Below are positions 19,787-28,358 of a stretch of 63,648 bases of DNA, piece after piece (position 1 is the first letter of the stretch; each line of letters starts with the position of its first letter). Position numbers and translations under genes: made by a program. The notes beneath the pieces are model-generated. The model had not been told where the DNA came from, did no database searches, and was given only the letters and a program-made list of their open reading frames with translations. Source of the DNA: Paracoccaceae bacterium. Its GTDB lineage: Bacteria; Pseudomonadota; Alphaproteobacteria; Rhodobacterales; Rhodobacteraceae. The stretch spans positions 1 to 63,648 of the forward strand of contig JASJCC010000001.1 in the NCBI GenBank assembly GCA_030066175.1, given 5' to 3'.

Positions 19787-20631
19787 GTCGGCAGGGGGAG
19801 CGTGGTGGTCAAGATAGCGGTGGCGGCAAGGATCACCAGTATGGCGACCCATTCAAGGGTGATGCTGCGGGTCAGATGGCGGGCCGCGGTGGCGTCACCC
19901 GCCTGCAGGCCTGGCACAAAGCGCAGCTTGTTCGCGGCCGCCAATCCTAGCAGCAGGGCGACCACGGCGATCTTGAAAAGCAGCGTCTGGCCATAGGCCG
20001 TGCTGATCATCGCGGTGACGGAGCCCGCTAGGGCATAGGTCATGATACCCCCGGCCAACAGAAGTAGCGGCACCATCACAAGCGCGGCTTGCCCAAAACG
20101 GTGGCCCAACTCGGCGGCTTCTGTCAAAGCGTCTATGTCGCTGGCCAAACGTCGCAGCGGCGTCAGGATACCGATCCAGAACGCGATGCCCGTCAGGTGC
20201 ACCAGCAGCACCGCCACCAGCCCCCAACTGCCGCGGTCCTGCACATGGCCCAGCACGGCAAAAGACGCCAGCGCCAGCACCCCGCCTAGGGCCGACAGAA
20301 CAAGACCCACGCGCCCCAACCCCAGCCCAAGAATCACCACAGCCAAGCCTGTGACTTGCAGCATCAGGGACGTCCCGCTTTGCGTTTGCCAAAGCAGCCC
20401 CAGCATCTCCGGGTCGGTCATGCCCGAGGAGTTGCCGGTCAGCGCCACACCCTTCAAAGCAAAAGTCAGGCCCGCGCCGACAAGGCCAACCAAAGCCCAT
20501 CCCACCGCCAGCCGCCGGACTCGCGCAAGGTTGAATATCAACGCGCAAAACACGGTGCCCGACGCCCCGAGGACCCCCAGATAGAGCAGCCATTTCGCAC
20601 CGATCGTGGCGATCCCCCAGGCGTCCGGCAT
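19783..20631 (-). CDS. copD: Copper resistance protein CopD (membrane)
   Basis: ORF 19783..20679. The probable start MPDAWGIATIGAKWLLYLG lies 1 nt after the copC stop. The protein is polytopic and hydrophobic. Confidence 0.8.
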   Translation of the reverse strand: MPDAWGIATIGAKWLLYLGVLGASGTVFCALIFNLARVRRLAVGWALVGLVGAGLTFALKGVALTGNSSGMTDPEMLGLLWQTQSGTSLMLQVTGLAVVILGLGLGRVGLVLSALGGVLALASFAVLGHVQDRGSWGLVAVLLVHLTGIAFWIGILTPLRRLASDIDALTEAAELGHRFGQAALVMVPLLLLAGGIMTYALAGSVTAMISTAYGQTLLFKIAVVALLLGLAAANKLRFVPGLQAGDATAARHLTRSITLEWVAILVILAATAILTTTLPLPT

Positions 20632-20632
20632 C

Positions 20633-20974
20633 TCACTCGACAACGAAGGTAAAGCTGCCGTTCTGCGGGTGGCCGTCATCCCCGAGCCCGCGCCATTCGA
20701 TCACATAACGGCCCGGCCCAACCCCGTCGAAGGGCAGGGCAAATTCCGTGGTGAACGCCGTCTGTCCCGCCAGATCGAACTGGCCAGAGCCGCCTTCCGC
20801 ATGGCTCCAGCTGACCCGCGTCAGCCGGATATTGCGGCCAAAGGTCAGGCTGACCTCGGCCGGCGCCGCCGCCACAACAGCGCCATCCGCCGGCGACGTC
20901 CCCTGCAATGGCGAATGCGCAAACACCCCGGTTGCAAGCACGGCAAAGGCAGCGGCGAAAACGGCTCTGAGCAT
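20633..20974 (-). CDS. copC: Periplasmic copper-binding protein CopC
   Basis: ORF 20633..21097, with the realistic start MLRAVFAAAFAVLATGVFA (signal peptide). The mature N-terminus HSPLQGTSPADGA is typical of CopC. Confidence 0.85.
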   Translation of the reverse strand: MLRAVFAAAFAVLATGVFAHSPLQGTSPADGAVVAAAPAEVSLTFGRNIRLTRVSWSHAEGGSGQFDLAGQTAFTTEFALPFDGVGPGRYVIEWRGLGDDGHPQNGSFTFVVE

Positions 20975-21037
20975 GATCGGTCTTCTTTTCTCATTCTTTG
21001 CGCGAGGCGTGGCATTGCGGCTTCTACCCTCGCTCAA

Positions 21038-21068
21038 GACGTTAAAGTTTCCCGCCAGTGGAAGGTCA
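21038..21068 (-). promoter_or_regulatory. MerR/CueR-type promoter for the copC-copD-MCO-cytochrome c operon
   Basis: The minus strand reads TTGACC-TTCCACTGGCGGGAAACTT-TAACGT. This gives a -35 and a -10 separated by a 19-bp spacer that contains the dyad CCTTCC-N7-GGAAAC. It closely resembles the E. coli copA promoter architecture as I recall it. Confidence 0.5.
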
Positions 21069-21179
21069 ACGGCTTTTGACCTGCAAGCGGTCGCCACCCC
21101 TCGCCGGTAAACGAAACATGGACAGGCGCGCCCCGATCCTCACAATGGGGGCACCCTGATATCGCTTGAGGCCCGCCTC

Positions 21180-22925
21180 ATGTCCTTGGAAATCGCCTTT
21201 CTGCTTGCGCTCTTCGTCGTCGCGGCCGTGCTGCTGGCGACCGAGCGTGTCGCGCCTGAGATTACCGCGCTGTGCCTCGTGGTGATCCTGGCGGGCACCG
21301 GGATCATGTCGCCTGAGGACGCCTTTGCCGGCTTTGCCAGCGAGGCGATTGTCGTCTTGGCCAGCATCATGATCCTGTCGCGGCGGCTGTCGGACTCGGG
21401 CGCGATGAGCGGCCTGTCGGCGCGTCTGGCCGGTGACCGAGGCACCTCGCCAGGCATGATCAACGCACGGCTGATGGCCAGCAGCGCCGGCCTGTCGATG
21501 GTGTTCAGCAACACCACCACCACGGCGGTGATGATGCCCATTGCGATTGGCGCCGCGCGCCGGGTCAAGGCCGATCCGGGGCGGTTTCTGATGCCAATGG
21601 CCTTTGCCTCAATCATGGGCGGGTCGGCCACGCTGATCGGAACGTCGACCAACCTGGCTGCCAACGGCGCCATCACCCGGATGGGGCTGGAGCCGTTTTC
21701 GCTCTTTGAGTTCTTCGTGATCGGCGTTGCGGTGACGGCCGCTGGGGTCGCCACCGTGGTGGTGCTGGGCAATCGCTTTGCCGGCTCCAGCGCGGCGTCC
21801 AAATCTGCCGAGGAGGAGGAAGACCCGTTCCTTGCCGGCTTGATCGTCGCGCCCGGGTCCGCGGCAGCGGAGATGGCGCTGAGCGAATTGGCGCTGACCG
21901 ATCAGGGCGCCGAACCGCTTGCCGTGGAAACCGACGAAGGCCGCGTTGCGCCGCATCCAAGGCGCAAGCTGCATGAGGGCGACCAGATCATCGTCAGCGC
22001 CACCGGCACGGCGCTCGCCAAGCTGGTCAGCGACCCGCGGTTTGAGGTCGATGGCCTGCCCCAGGATGGCCCGGTGCGTGAAACCGCGGATGCGATCCTG
22101 CTACCGGGGTCGCGCTGGATCGGGCTGTCGGTGGCCAGCATGCGGCGCACGCTGGCGCCCGATGTCACTGTCATCGGCCTGCGCCGCGCCGGCTATGAAC
22201 GCCCAGCCCGCATCGGCTTGATGCGCCTGCGCGCGGGTGACATCCTGCTGCTGGCGGGCACACCCGAAGGGCTGGCCCGGGTCGATGCAGATGTCGACCT
22301 CTACATGCTGCGCTCGGCCGAAGCCCTGGCGCCCAGCCGACGCGAGGGCTGGGTTACGCTGGGCGTCACCTTGGCGGCGATCACTGTTGCGGCCCTGGGT
22401 TTGCTGCCGCTTAGCGTCTCGCTGCTGGCGGCGGTCCTTGGCCTGATCCTGGCGGGGCGCCTCGACGTGCGCGACGCCTTTGCGATGGTGTCGTGGCGTA
22501 TCCTCATCCTGATCGGCGGCATGTCGAGCTTCGGCCTCGCAATGCTACAAACCGGCGCCGCCGATCTGATCGCCGAGGGCCTGTTGGTATTCATCGCGCC
22601 GATGGGGATAACAGCCGTCCTGATCGCGTTGTCATTGCTGACGGTTGTCTTGACCCAACCACTGTCCAACGCCGCCGCGGCGCTGACCATGTTGCCGATT
22701 GCGGTGGCCACGGCAGCGGGCCTGGGGGTCGACCCACGCCCCTTGGCGGTGATTGTGACCCTTTCAGCATCGTTGTCCTTCATCGCCCCGCTCGAACCCG
22801 CATTGTTGCTGGTCTACGGCAAGGGGCACTACCGCCTGCGAGACTTCATCCTTGCCGGGGCGCCGCTGACGATGGTCTCTCTGGCGCTGGTGCTGTTCCT
22901 GGTGCCGCTGATCTGGCCACTCTGA
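21180..22925 (+). CDS. SLC13/DASS-type permease with central TrkA-C (RCK C-terminal) domains
   Basis: 581 aa. Hydrophobic N- and C-terminal halves flank a soluble middle region with two RCK_C-like repeats (LAPGSAAAEMALSEL..., LLPGSRWIGLSVASM...). Confidence 0.75.
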   Translation: MSLEIAFLLALFVVAAVLLATERVAPEITALCLVVILAGTGIMSPEDAFAGFASEAIVVLASIMILSRRLSDSGAMSGLSARLAGDRGTSPGMINARLMASSAGLSMVFSNTTTTAVMMPIAIGAARRVKADPGRFLMPMAFASIMGGSATLIGTSTNLAANGAITRMGLEPFSLFEFFVIGVAVTAAGVATVVVLGNRFAGSSAASKSAEEEEDPFLAGLIVAPGSAAAEMALSELALTDQGAEPLAVETDEGRVAPHPRRKLHEGDQIIVSATGTALAKLVSDPRFEVDGLPQDGPVRETADAILLPGSRWIGLSVASMRRTLAPDVTVIGLRRAGYERPARIGLMRLRAGDILLLAGTPEGLARVDADVDLYMLRSAEALAPSRREGWVTLGVTLAAITVAALGLLPLSVSLLAAVLGLILAGRLDVRDAFAMVSWRILILIGGMSSFGLAMLQTGAADLIAEGLLVFIAPMGITAVLIALSLLTVVLTQPLSNAAAALTMLPIAVATAAGLGVDPRPLAVIVTLSASLSFIAPLEPALLLVYGKGHYRLRDFILAGAPLTMVSLALVLFLVPLIWPL

Positions 22926-22987
22926 GGGCGCCAATCGAAAGTCTCGGCCGCAGACACTCAAACCGTGATTGACTCGAATCGCATACC

Positions 22988-23012
22988 GTTTGTACACAAT
23001 AAGTATACAAAC
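22988..23012. promoter_or_regulatory. Putative GntR-family operator (inverted repeat)
   Basis: GTTTGTACAC-aataa-GTATACAAAC. Nine of 10 positions pair, and the repeat contains the GT-N-AC cores of FadR-type sites. It lies 10 nt upstream of the GntR gene's ATG. Confidence 0.5.
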
Positions 23013-23022
23013 CGGACATGCC

Positions 23023-23727
23023 ATGGCCCAATCAAAGAAATCCACCTGCCGCCAGGCCCTGCGCGACCGCATCCTGCGGCTCGACCTCGCACCGGGGGCC
23101 GAGCTGGATGAAACTCAGATCGCCGCCGAATACGGCCTGTCCCGCACCCCCTTGCGCGAGGTGTTTCAGACGCTGGCGGGCGAAGGCTATCTGCGGATCG
23201 AACAGAACCGCGGCGCGCGCGTGGCGTCGATGGACCTGCATGTCATGCGGATGTTCTTTCAGACTGCACCCCTGGTCTACTCCACCATCGCCCGGTTGGC
23301 GGCCGAAAACCGGCGCGACGATCAGCTGCCACCGCTCAAGGCCACGCAACAGGCCTTTCTCGCCGCCACGAGGGCTGGTGACGCGGGCGAGGCCGCGATG
23401 TGCAACCACCGCTTTCACGCACAGATCGGCGAGATGGCGCAGAACCCTTATCTGCAGCCCAGCCTCAACCGTATGCTGATCGACCACACAAGGCTCAGCC
23501 AGACCTTCTACCGCCCCGGCAACCCGGATGAACGCAAACTGGTGGAGACGGCCGGGCAACAGCATGACGCGATGATCGCAGCGATTGAAAACCGCGAACC
23601 GGCCGCGGCGGTCGAGCTGACCTTGCAGCACTGGGATCTCTCCCGCGACCGGATGGAGCGGTTCGTCCGCCCCGATCCGCTGCCTTTGGACGTCGCCAGC
23701 CAATCGGATACCCGCCATGCAGTTTGA
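23023..23727 (+). CDS. GntR-family transcriptional regulator (FadR/FCD subfamily)
   Basis: ORF 22969..23727, with the likely start MAQSKKSTCRQALRDRIL. The winged-HTH reads LDETQIAAEYGLSRTPLREVFQTLAGEGYLRI. Confidence 0.85.
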   Translation: MAQSKKSTCRQALRDRILRLDLAPGAELDETQIAAEYGLSRTPLREVFQTLAGEGYLRIEQNRGARVASMDLHVMRMFFQTAPLVYSTIARLAAENRRDDQLPPLKATQQAFLAATRAGDAGEAAMCNHRFHAQIGEMAQNPYLQPSLNRMLIDHTRLSQTFYRPGNPDERKLVETAGQQHDAMIAAIENREPAAAVELTLQHWDLSRDRMERFVRPDPLPLDVASQSDTRHAV

Positions 23728-24625
23728 AGGCATCTACACCCCGCTCGTCACGCCCTATCATGCGGACTTTTCGCTGAACGAAGCAGTGTTGGCACAGGTT
23801 GTCGAGCACCTGATCGCCGCTGGCGTGCACGGGATCATCGTCGCTGGCACCACCGGCGAATACTACGCGCAAACGCCCGAGGAACGCATCGACATGATGG
23901 GCCGGGTCAATGTGTTGATCGCCGGCCGGGTGCCCCTGATCGTTGGCGTCGGCTCCATCCGCACCGAAGAGGCGGTGGGTTACGCCACAGCCGCGCGTGA
24001 CCTTGGCGCCGACGCGATCCTCGTCGCCACCCCGCCCTACGCCTATCCCACGGGGCGCGAGATTGCGCTGCACGCGCTGGCCATCGACCGGGCGGCGAAC
24101 CTGCCGGTGATGCTCTACAACTACCCCGGTCGGATGTCGGTCAACATGGATGAAGAGACGTTGGATCGTCTCGGCCGCTCACCCAACTTCCGCGCCATCA
24201 AGGAAAGCTCCGGTGATATCAACCGTTTGCACATGCTGGCGCGGGATTATCCGCATATTGCGCTCTCCTGCGGGATGGACGACCAGGCGCTGGAATTCTT
24301 CGCCTGGGGTGCGCGCAGCTGGGTCTGTGCAGGCTCGAACTTTGCCCCCGAGGCGCATATCGCGCTCTACCGCGCCTGCGCCGTCGAGGGGGATTTCACC
24401 AAAGGCCGCGCCATCATGTCGGCGATGCTGCCACTGATGCGGGTGCTCGAACAGGGCGGCAAGTTCATCCAGTGCATCAAGTTCGGCCTCACCCTGCGCG
24501 GCATCGACGCCGGCCCGCCGCGTAAACCACTGCAACCGCTCAACAAAGACGACAAGCGCGAGCTGGAACAGGTGATCCGCACCATGGACCGCACCATCGC
24601 CGCCATCGAAGGGGGATCGTCATGA
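23717..24625 (+). CDS. Dihydrodipicolinate synthase (DapA/NAL) family lyase
   Basis: 302 aa. It has GIYTPLVTPY, the GTTGEY motif, and family-wide conservation along its length. Confidence 0.85.
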   Translation: MQFEGIYTPLVTPYHADFSLNEAVLAQVVEHLIAAGVHGIIVAGTTGEYYAQTPEERIDMMGRVNVLIAGRVPLIVGVGSIRTEEAVGYATAARDLGADAILVATPPYAYPTGREIALHALAIDRAANLPVMLYNYPGRMSVNMDEETLDRLGRSPNFRAIKESSGDINRLHMLARDYPHIALSCGMDDQALEFFAWGARSWVCAGSNFAPEAHIALYRACAVEGDFTKGRAIMSAMLPLMRVLEQGGKFIQCIKFGLTLRGIDAGPPRKPLQPLNKDDKRELEQVIRTMDRTIAAIEGGSS

Positions 24626-24724
24626 CAAGGGAAAACCAACTCCCGCTTCATTTTGCCAAAAAAACTCCCGCCGGAGGCATCCGACAGTTCCGCCTTGCAG
24701 CGTCTTCCGACAGGAGCACCTGAC

Positions 24725-26215
24725 ATGACCGATCTTCTGACCCGCGCCGAATACGCCGCCATCGCTGCCGATCTGTCCTTTCCGGCGACGCCCTTTATCG
24801 ACGGCAAGTATCGCCGCGGCACCGGCCCGGACATGCCAACGACCAACCCCGCCACCGGCGAGACCTTGGCCACAATCAGCACCGCCGGCGCCGAGGATGT
24901 GGACCTCGCCGTCGTGAAGGCGCGTGAGGCGTTCGAACAGGGGCATTGGTCACGCCTGCACCCGTCCGAGCGCAAGGACGTACTGATCCGCCTCGCCAAG
25001 CTGATGACCCGTAACCGCCGAGAATTGGCGGTGATGGAGAGCCTCGAGTCCGGCAAGCCGATCCGCGATTGCGAAACCGTCGACATCCCCGAAACCATCG
25101 CCTGCCTCAAGTGGCACGCGGAAGCCATCGACAAGATCTATGACCAAACCGGTCCGTCCGGCGATGACGCCATCAGCCTGATTGTCCGCGAACCCATTGG
25201 TGTGGTGGCGGTCATCCTGCCGTGGAACTTCCCACTCTTGATGCTGGCGTGGAAGATCGGCCCGGCGTTGGCGGCGGGCTGTTCGGTGATCGTGAAACCG
25301 GCCGAGCAGACCTCGTTGACGGCCCTGCGCGTCGCCGAACTGGCGGCGGAGGCCGGCCTGCCGCGCGGTGTGCTGCAGGTGCTGCCGGGCGATGGCCCCT
25401 CGGTCGGCGAACCGCTAGGCCGGCACATGGATGTGGACATGGTCAGCTTCACCGGATCGACCGACACGGGTCGGCGGTTTCTACACTATGCCGCCGACAG
25501 CAACCTGAAAAAGGTCGTTCTGGAATGCGGCGGCAAGAACCCGGCGGTGGTGCTGGAGGATGCCGAAAACCTCGATCTGGTGGCCGAGCACATCGCCAAC
25601 GCGGCGTTCTGGAACATGGGGGAGAACTGTTCCGCCGCGTCGCGGCTGATCGTGCACAAGGCGGTCAAGGCACCGCTGATGGGGCGTCTGCTGGCCCGCT
25701 TGCGCGACTGGAAGACCGGCGATCCCCTGGACCCGGCCAATCATCTTGGCGCTTTGATCGACGCGGATCATTGCGCCAAGGTTGCCGGCTATCTGGGTGG
25801 CAAGGCGCTCGCTGGCGGCACGGCGGAAGGCGCCTATGTGCCCCCAACGATCTACGAGGTCACCCGCGACGATCCCAAGGCGCGCGAAGAAATCTTCGGC
25901 CCGATCCTGTCGGTGATTGAGGTCGCCTCGACCGACGAGGCGATCGCGCTGGCCAATGACACCGATTACGGCCTCGCCGCGTCGGTCTTCACCGCCAATG
26001 GCCGCACCGCCCTGCGCGCCGCACGAGCGATCCGGGCGGGCACCGTGACGGTGAATTGCTATGGCGAGGGTGACCTGACCACGCCCTTCGGCGGCTACAA
26101 GCAATCCGGCTTTGGCGGGCGCGACAACGGGGTGCACGCCCATGACCAGTATACCGAGTTGAAAACCATCTGGATCGACCTCAGCGATCCCGCAGCGGGG
26201 GACAATGTCGGATGA
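24725..26215 (+). CDS. NAD(P)-dependent aldehyde dehydrogenase
   Basis: ORF 24653..26215, with the likely start MTDLLTRAEY. ALDH motifs are present: VLECGGKNP (catalytic Cys region), FTGSTDTGR and EEIFGPI. Confidence 0.9.
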   Translation: MTDLLTRAEYAAIAADLSFPATPFIDGKYRRGTGPDMPTTNPATGETLATISTAGAEDVDLAVVKAREAFEQGHWSRLHPSERKDVLIRLAKLMTRNRRELAVMESLESGKPIRDCETVDIPETIACLKWHAEAIDKIYDQTGPSGDDAISLIVREPIGVVAVILPWNFPLLMLAWKIGPALAAGCSVIVKPAEQTSLTALRVAELAAEAGLPRGVLQVLPGDGPSVGEPLGRHMDVDMVSFTGSTDTGRRFLHYAADSNLKKVVLECGGKNPAVVLEDAENLDLVAEHIANAAFWNMGENCSAASRLIVHKAVKAPLMGRLLARLRDWKTGDPLDPANHLGALIDADHCAKVAGYLGGKALAGGTAEGAYVPPTIYEVTRDDPKAREEIFGPILSVIEVASTDEAIALANDTDYGLAASVFTANGRTALRAARAIRAGTVTVNCYGEGDLTTPFGGYKQSGFGGRDNGVHAHDQYTELKTIWIDLSDPAAGDNVG

Positions 26216-26739
26216 TCCATTTTGAACAGACTTCGAAGTTAGACCTTGTTGTCTTGGCGGGCCACTATGCCACGTATGGAAGGTATGTGCCGCTCAACGG
26301 TGACTCGGCTGAGACGGTTCTGGTTGCTACATTGATGCCCTATCTTGCGGCATATACCGAGTGCGAGCGTCATCCCGACTGGGATGTCACGTTCCGTTCT
26401 TGTGGTTTCTCGCTTCAGGATGAAAACGGCCAAGAAGTGTTTCAGTCACTTGTCGGCGACCCTTTGACACAAATGTTTTTCGATGCTGTCAATGATGGCA
26501 CGCTGACGCCGAACGACATTGCCATACTTTGCGCCCGTTCCCCGGTTTTCAGCCGCCTGAATGAACGTGTTGATGAGGCCGATTGGAATGCCCCTTTCGA
26601 TCTGAATGTACGGGTCAAGTCCGTCCGTTTGGAGGCCGGACGACTGGTCAGTTTGTTGGATCATCCCGATCCCATGGAAGAAGTACAGAAACCTCGGCGC
26701 AAATCTCTTGTTGAACTGATTATGGCGAGGTTCGGATGA
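26212..26739 (+). CDS. Hypothetical protein encoded by a lower-GC ORF wedged into the operon
   Basis: 175-aa ORF. Its ATG overlaps the ALDH stop as ATGA, and its stop overlaps the next ATG as ATGA. I recognised no motif. GC by spot count is 28/60 (26461-26520) and 34/60 (26281-26340), against 38/60 in the flanking line 26101-26160. Confidence 0.6.
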   Translation: MIHFEQTSKLDLVVLAGHYATYGRYVPLNGDSAETVLVATLMPYLAAYTECERHPDWDVTFRSCGFSLQDENGQEVFQSLVGDPLTQMFFDAVNDGTLTPNDIAILCARSPVFSRLNERVDEADWNAPFDLNVRVKSVRLEAGRLVSLLDHPDPMEEVQKPRRKSLVELIMARFG

Positions 26740-28286
26740 CAGTTCTTGCCGACAAAACCCAACGCCGCGGACGTGGCGCGCGCAAGGCGGTGCGGCAGAC
26801 GCGGGATATCACCATGCTGCCGGCGCTGAAGCGCGGCCTGCCGCTGACCGAGCCGATGGATAGTGACCAGATCGCGCGGATCGATGCGGCGTCGATGCAG
26901 ATCCTGGAGAACGTCGGCGTGGTGTTCCGCGATGAGATCGCATTGGCCGATTGGCGGCGGGCCGGGGCCAAGGTGGAGGGGGAGACAGTCTATCTGGACC
27001 GGCACCTCGTACGCGACCTGATCGCCACGATCCCGGAGACCTTCACCTACACCGCGCGCAACCCAGCCAACAACCTGCCGTTTGGCCGCGATCACGCGAT
27101 CTTTGTACCGATGACCGGCGCGCCCTACCTGCGCGATCTGGAGGACGTGCGGCGCAACCCGACGCTCGACGACCTCGCCAATTTCCACAAGCTTTGCCAC
27201 ATGCTGCCGGCGATGCATTCGACGGCGCATCACATCGTCGAGCCGTTTGACCACCCCATCAGCCACCGGCACCTGCGCATCACCTATTCGTCGATGAAGC
27301 ATTCGGACAAGACCTTCATGGGTATGACGACGAGCCCGAAGAACGCCGAAGACGTGATGGAGATGTGCGCGATCCTCTTTGGTGACGCGTATATGGAGAC
27401 GCACCCGGTGGTGACCGGCAATTGCAACGGCAATTCGCCGCTGGTGTGGGACGAAACCATGCTGGGCGCGATGCGGGCGTTTTGCCGGCGCAACCAGCCG
27501 GTCTTGTGCTCGCCCTTTGTGCTCGGCGGGGCCAATACGCCCGCCTCGGTCGCGCCGACGGTGGCGCAGCTCAATGCCGAGGCGCTGTCCGCGCTGGCCT
27601 ATACGCAAGTCATCCGCCGCGGCTGCCCGGCGATCTATGGTCACTACTTGTCGACCGTGTCGATGAAGTCCGGTGCGCCGATGGCGGGCACACCCGAGAT
27701 CAGCCTGATGAACCTGATGATCGGCCAGATGGCGCGGTTTTATGGTGTGCCATGGCGCACCTCGAACACGTTGGGCGGGGCCAAGACGTTTGACGCGCAG
27801 GCAGGGTACGAATCCGCCACAACGCAGATGGCGGTGCATATGGCGGGGGCCAATTACATGTGGCACTCGGCGGGCTGGAACGAGGCCGGGATGCACTGTT
27901 CGATGGCCAAGTTCATTGTCGATGCCGAACAATGCGCCATGGCCTACCGCATGGCCGAGGGTATCCGCTGGGATGATTTCGACGCGGCGGTCGCAGCGGT
28001 GGCCGATATTGGCCCGGGCGGGCATTACCTTGGCCATCCGCACACGCTCGAAAATTTCCAGCGCGCGTTTTTCATGCCCGAGATGTTCGACAACAACTCG
28101 ATCGAGCAATGGCAGGCCGAAGGGTCGGTCGAGATCACCGAACGGGCGCTGATCCGGGCGCGGGCCTTGCTGTCCGAGTATGAAGAGCCGCGTTTGGATG
28201 CGGGCGTGGACGAGGCGCTGCGGGATTACATCGCCCGGCGGGAACGGGAGATCCCGGCGGCGGAGGCGTTGAACCAGGATCACTGA
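26736..28286 (+). CDS. Trimethylamine methyltransferase (MttB) superfamily protein, non-pyrrolysine type
   Basis: 516 aa. The N-terminal RRGRGARKAVRQ plus ...QILENVGVVFRD... and the overall length are typical of the MttB family. There is no in-frame amber codon. Confidence 0.8.
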   Translation: MTVLADKTQRRGRGARKAVRQTRDITMLPALKRGLPLTEPMDSDQIARIDAASMQILENVGVVFRDEIALADWRRAGAKVEGETVYLDRHLVRDLIATIPETFTYTARNPANNLPFGRDHAIFVPMTGAPYLRDLEDVRRNPTLDDLANFHKLCHMLPAMHSTAHHIVEPFDHPISHRHLRITYSSMKHSDKTFMGMTTSPKNAEDVMEMCAILFGDAYMETHPVVTGNCNGNSPLVWDETMLGAMRAFCRRNQPVLCSPFVLGGANTPASVAPTVAQLNAEALSALAYTQVIRRGCPAIYGHYLSTVSMKSGAPMAGTPEISLMNLMIGQMARFYGVPWRTSNTLGGAKTFDAQAGYESATTQMAVHMAGANYMWHSAGWNEAGMHCSMAKFIVDAEQCAMAYRMAEGIRWDDFDAAVAAVADIGPGGHYLGHPHTLENFQRAFFMPEMFDNNSIEQWQAEGSVEITERALIRARALLSEYEEPRLDAGVDEALRDYIARREREIPAAEALNQDH

Positions 28287-28358
28287 GCGGCGGCGCTTTC
28301 GGCAGCCGGTGGGACGCTCCGCGGGGAGTTTATTGGGCAAGATGAAGAGGACGGGTCT

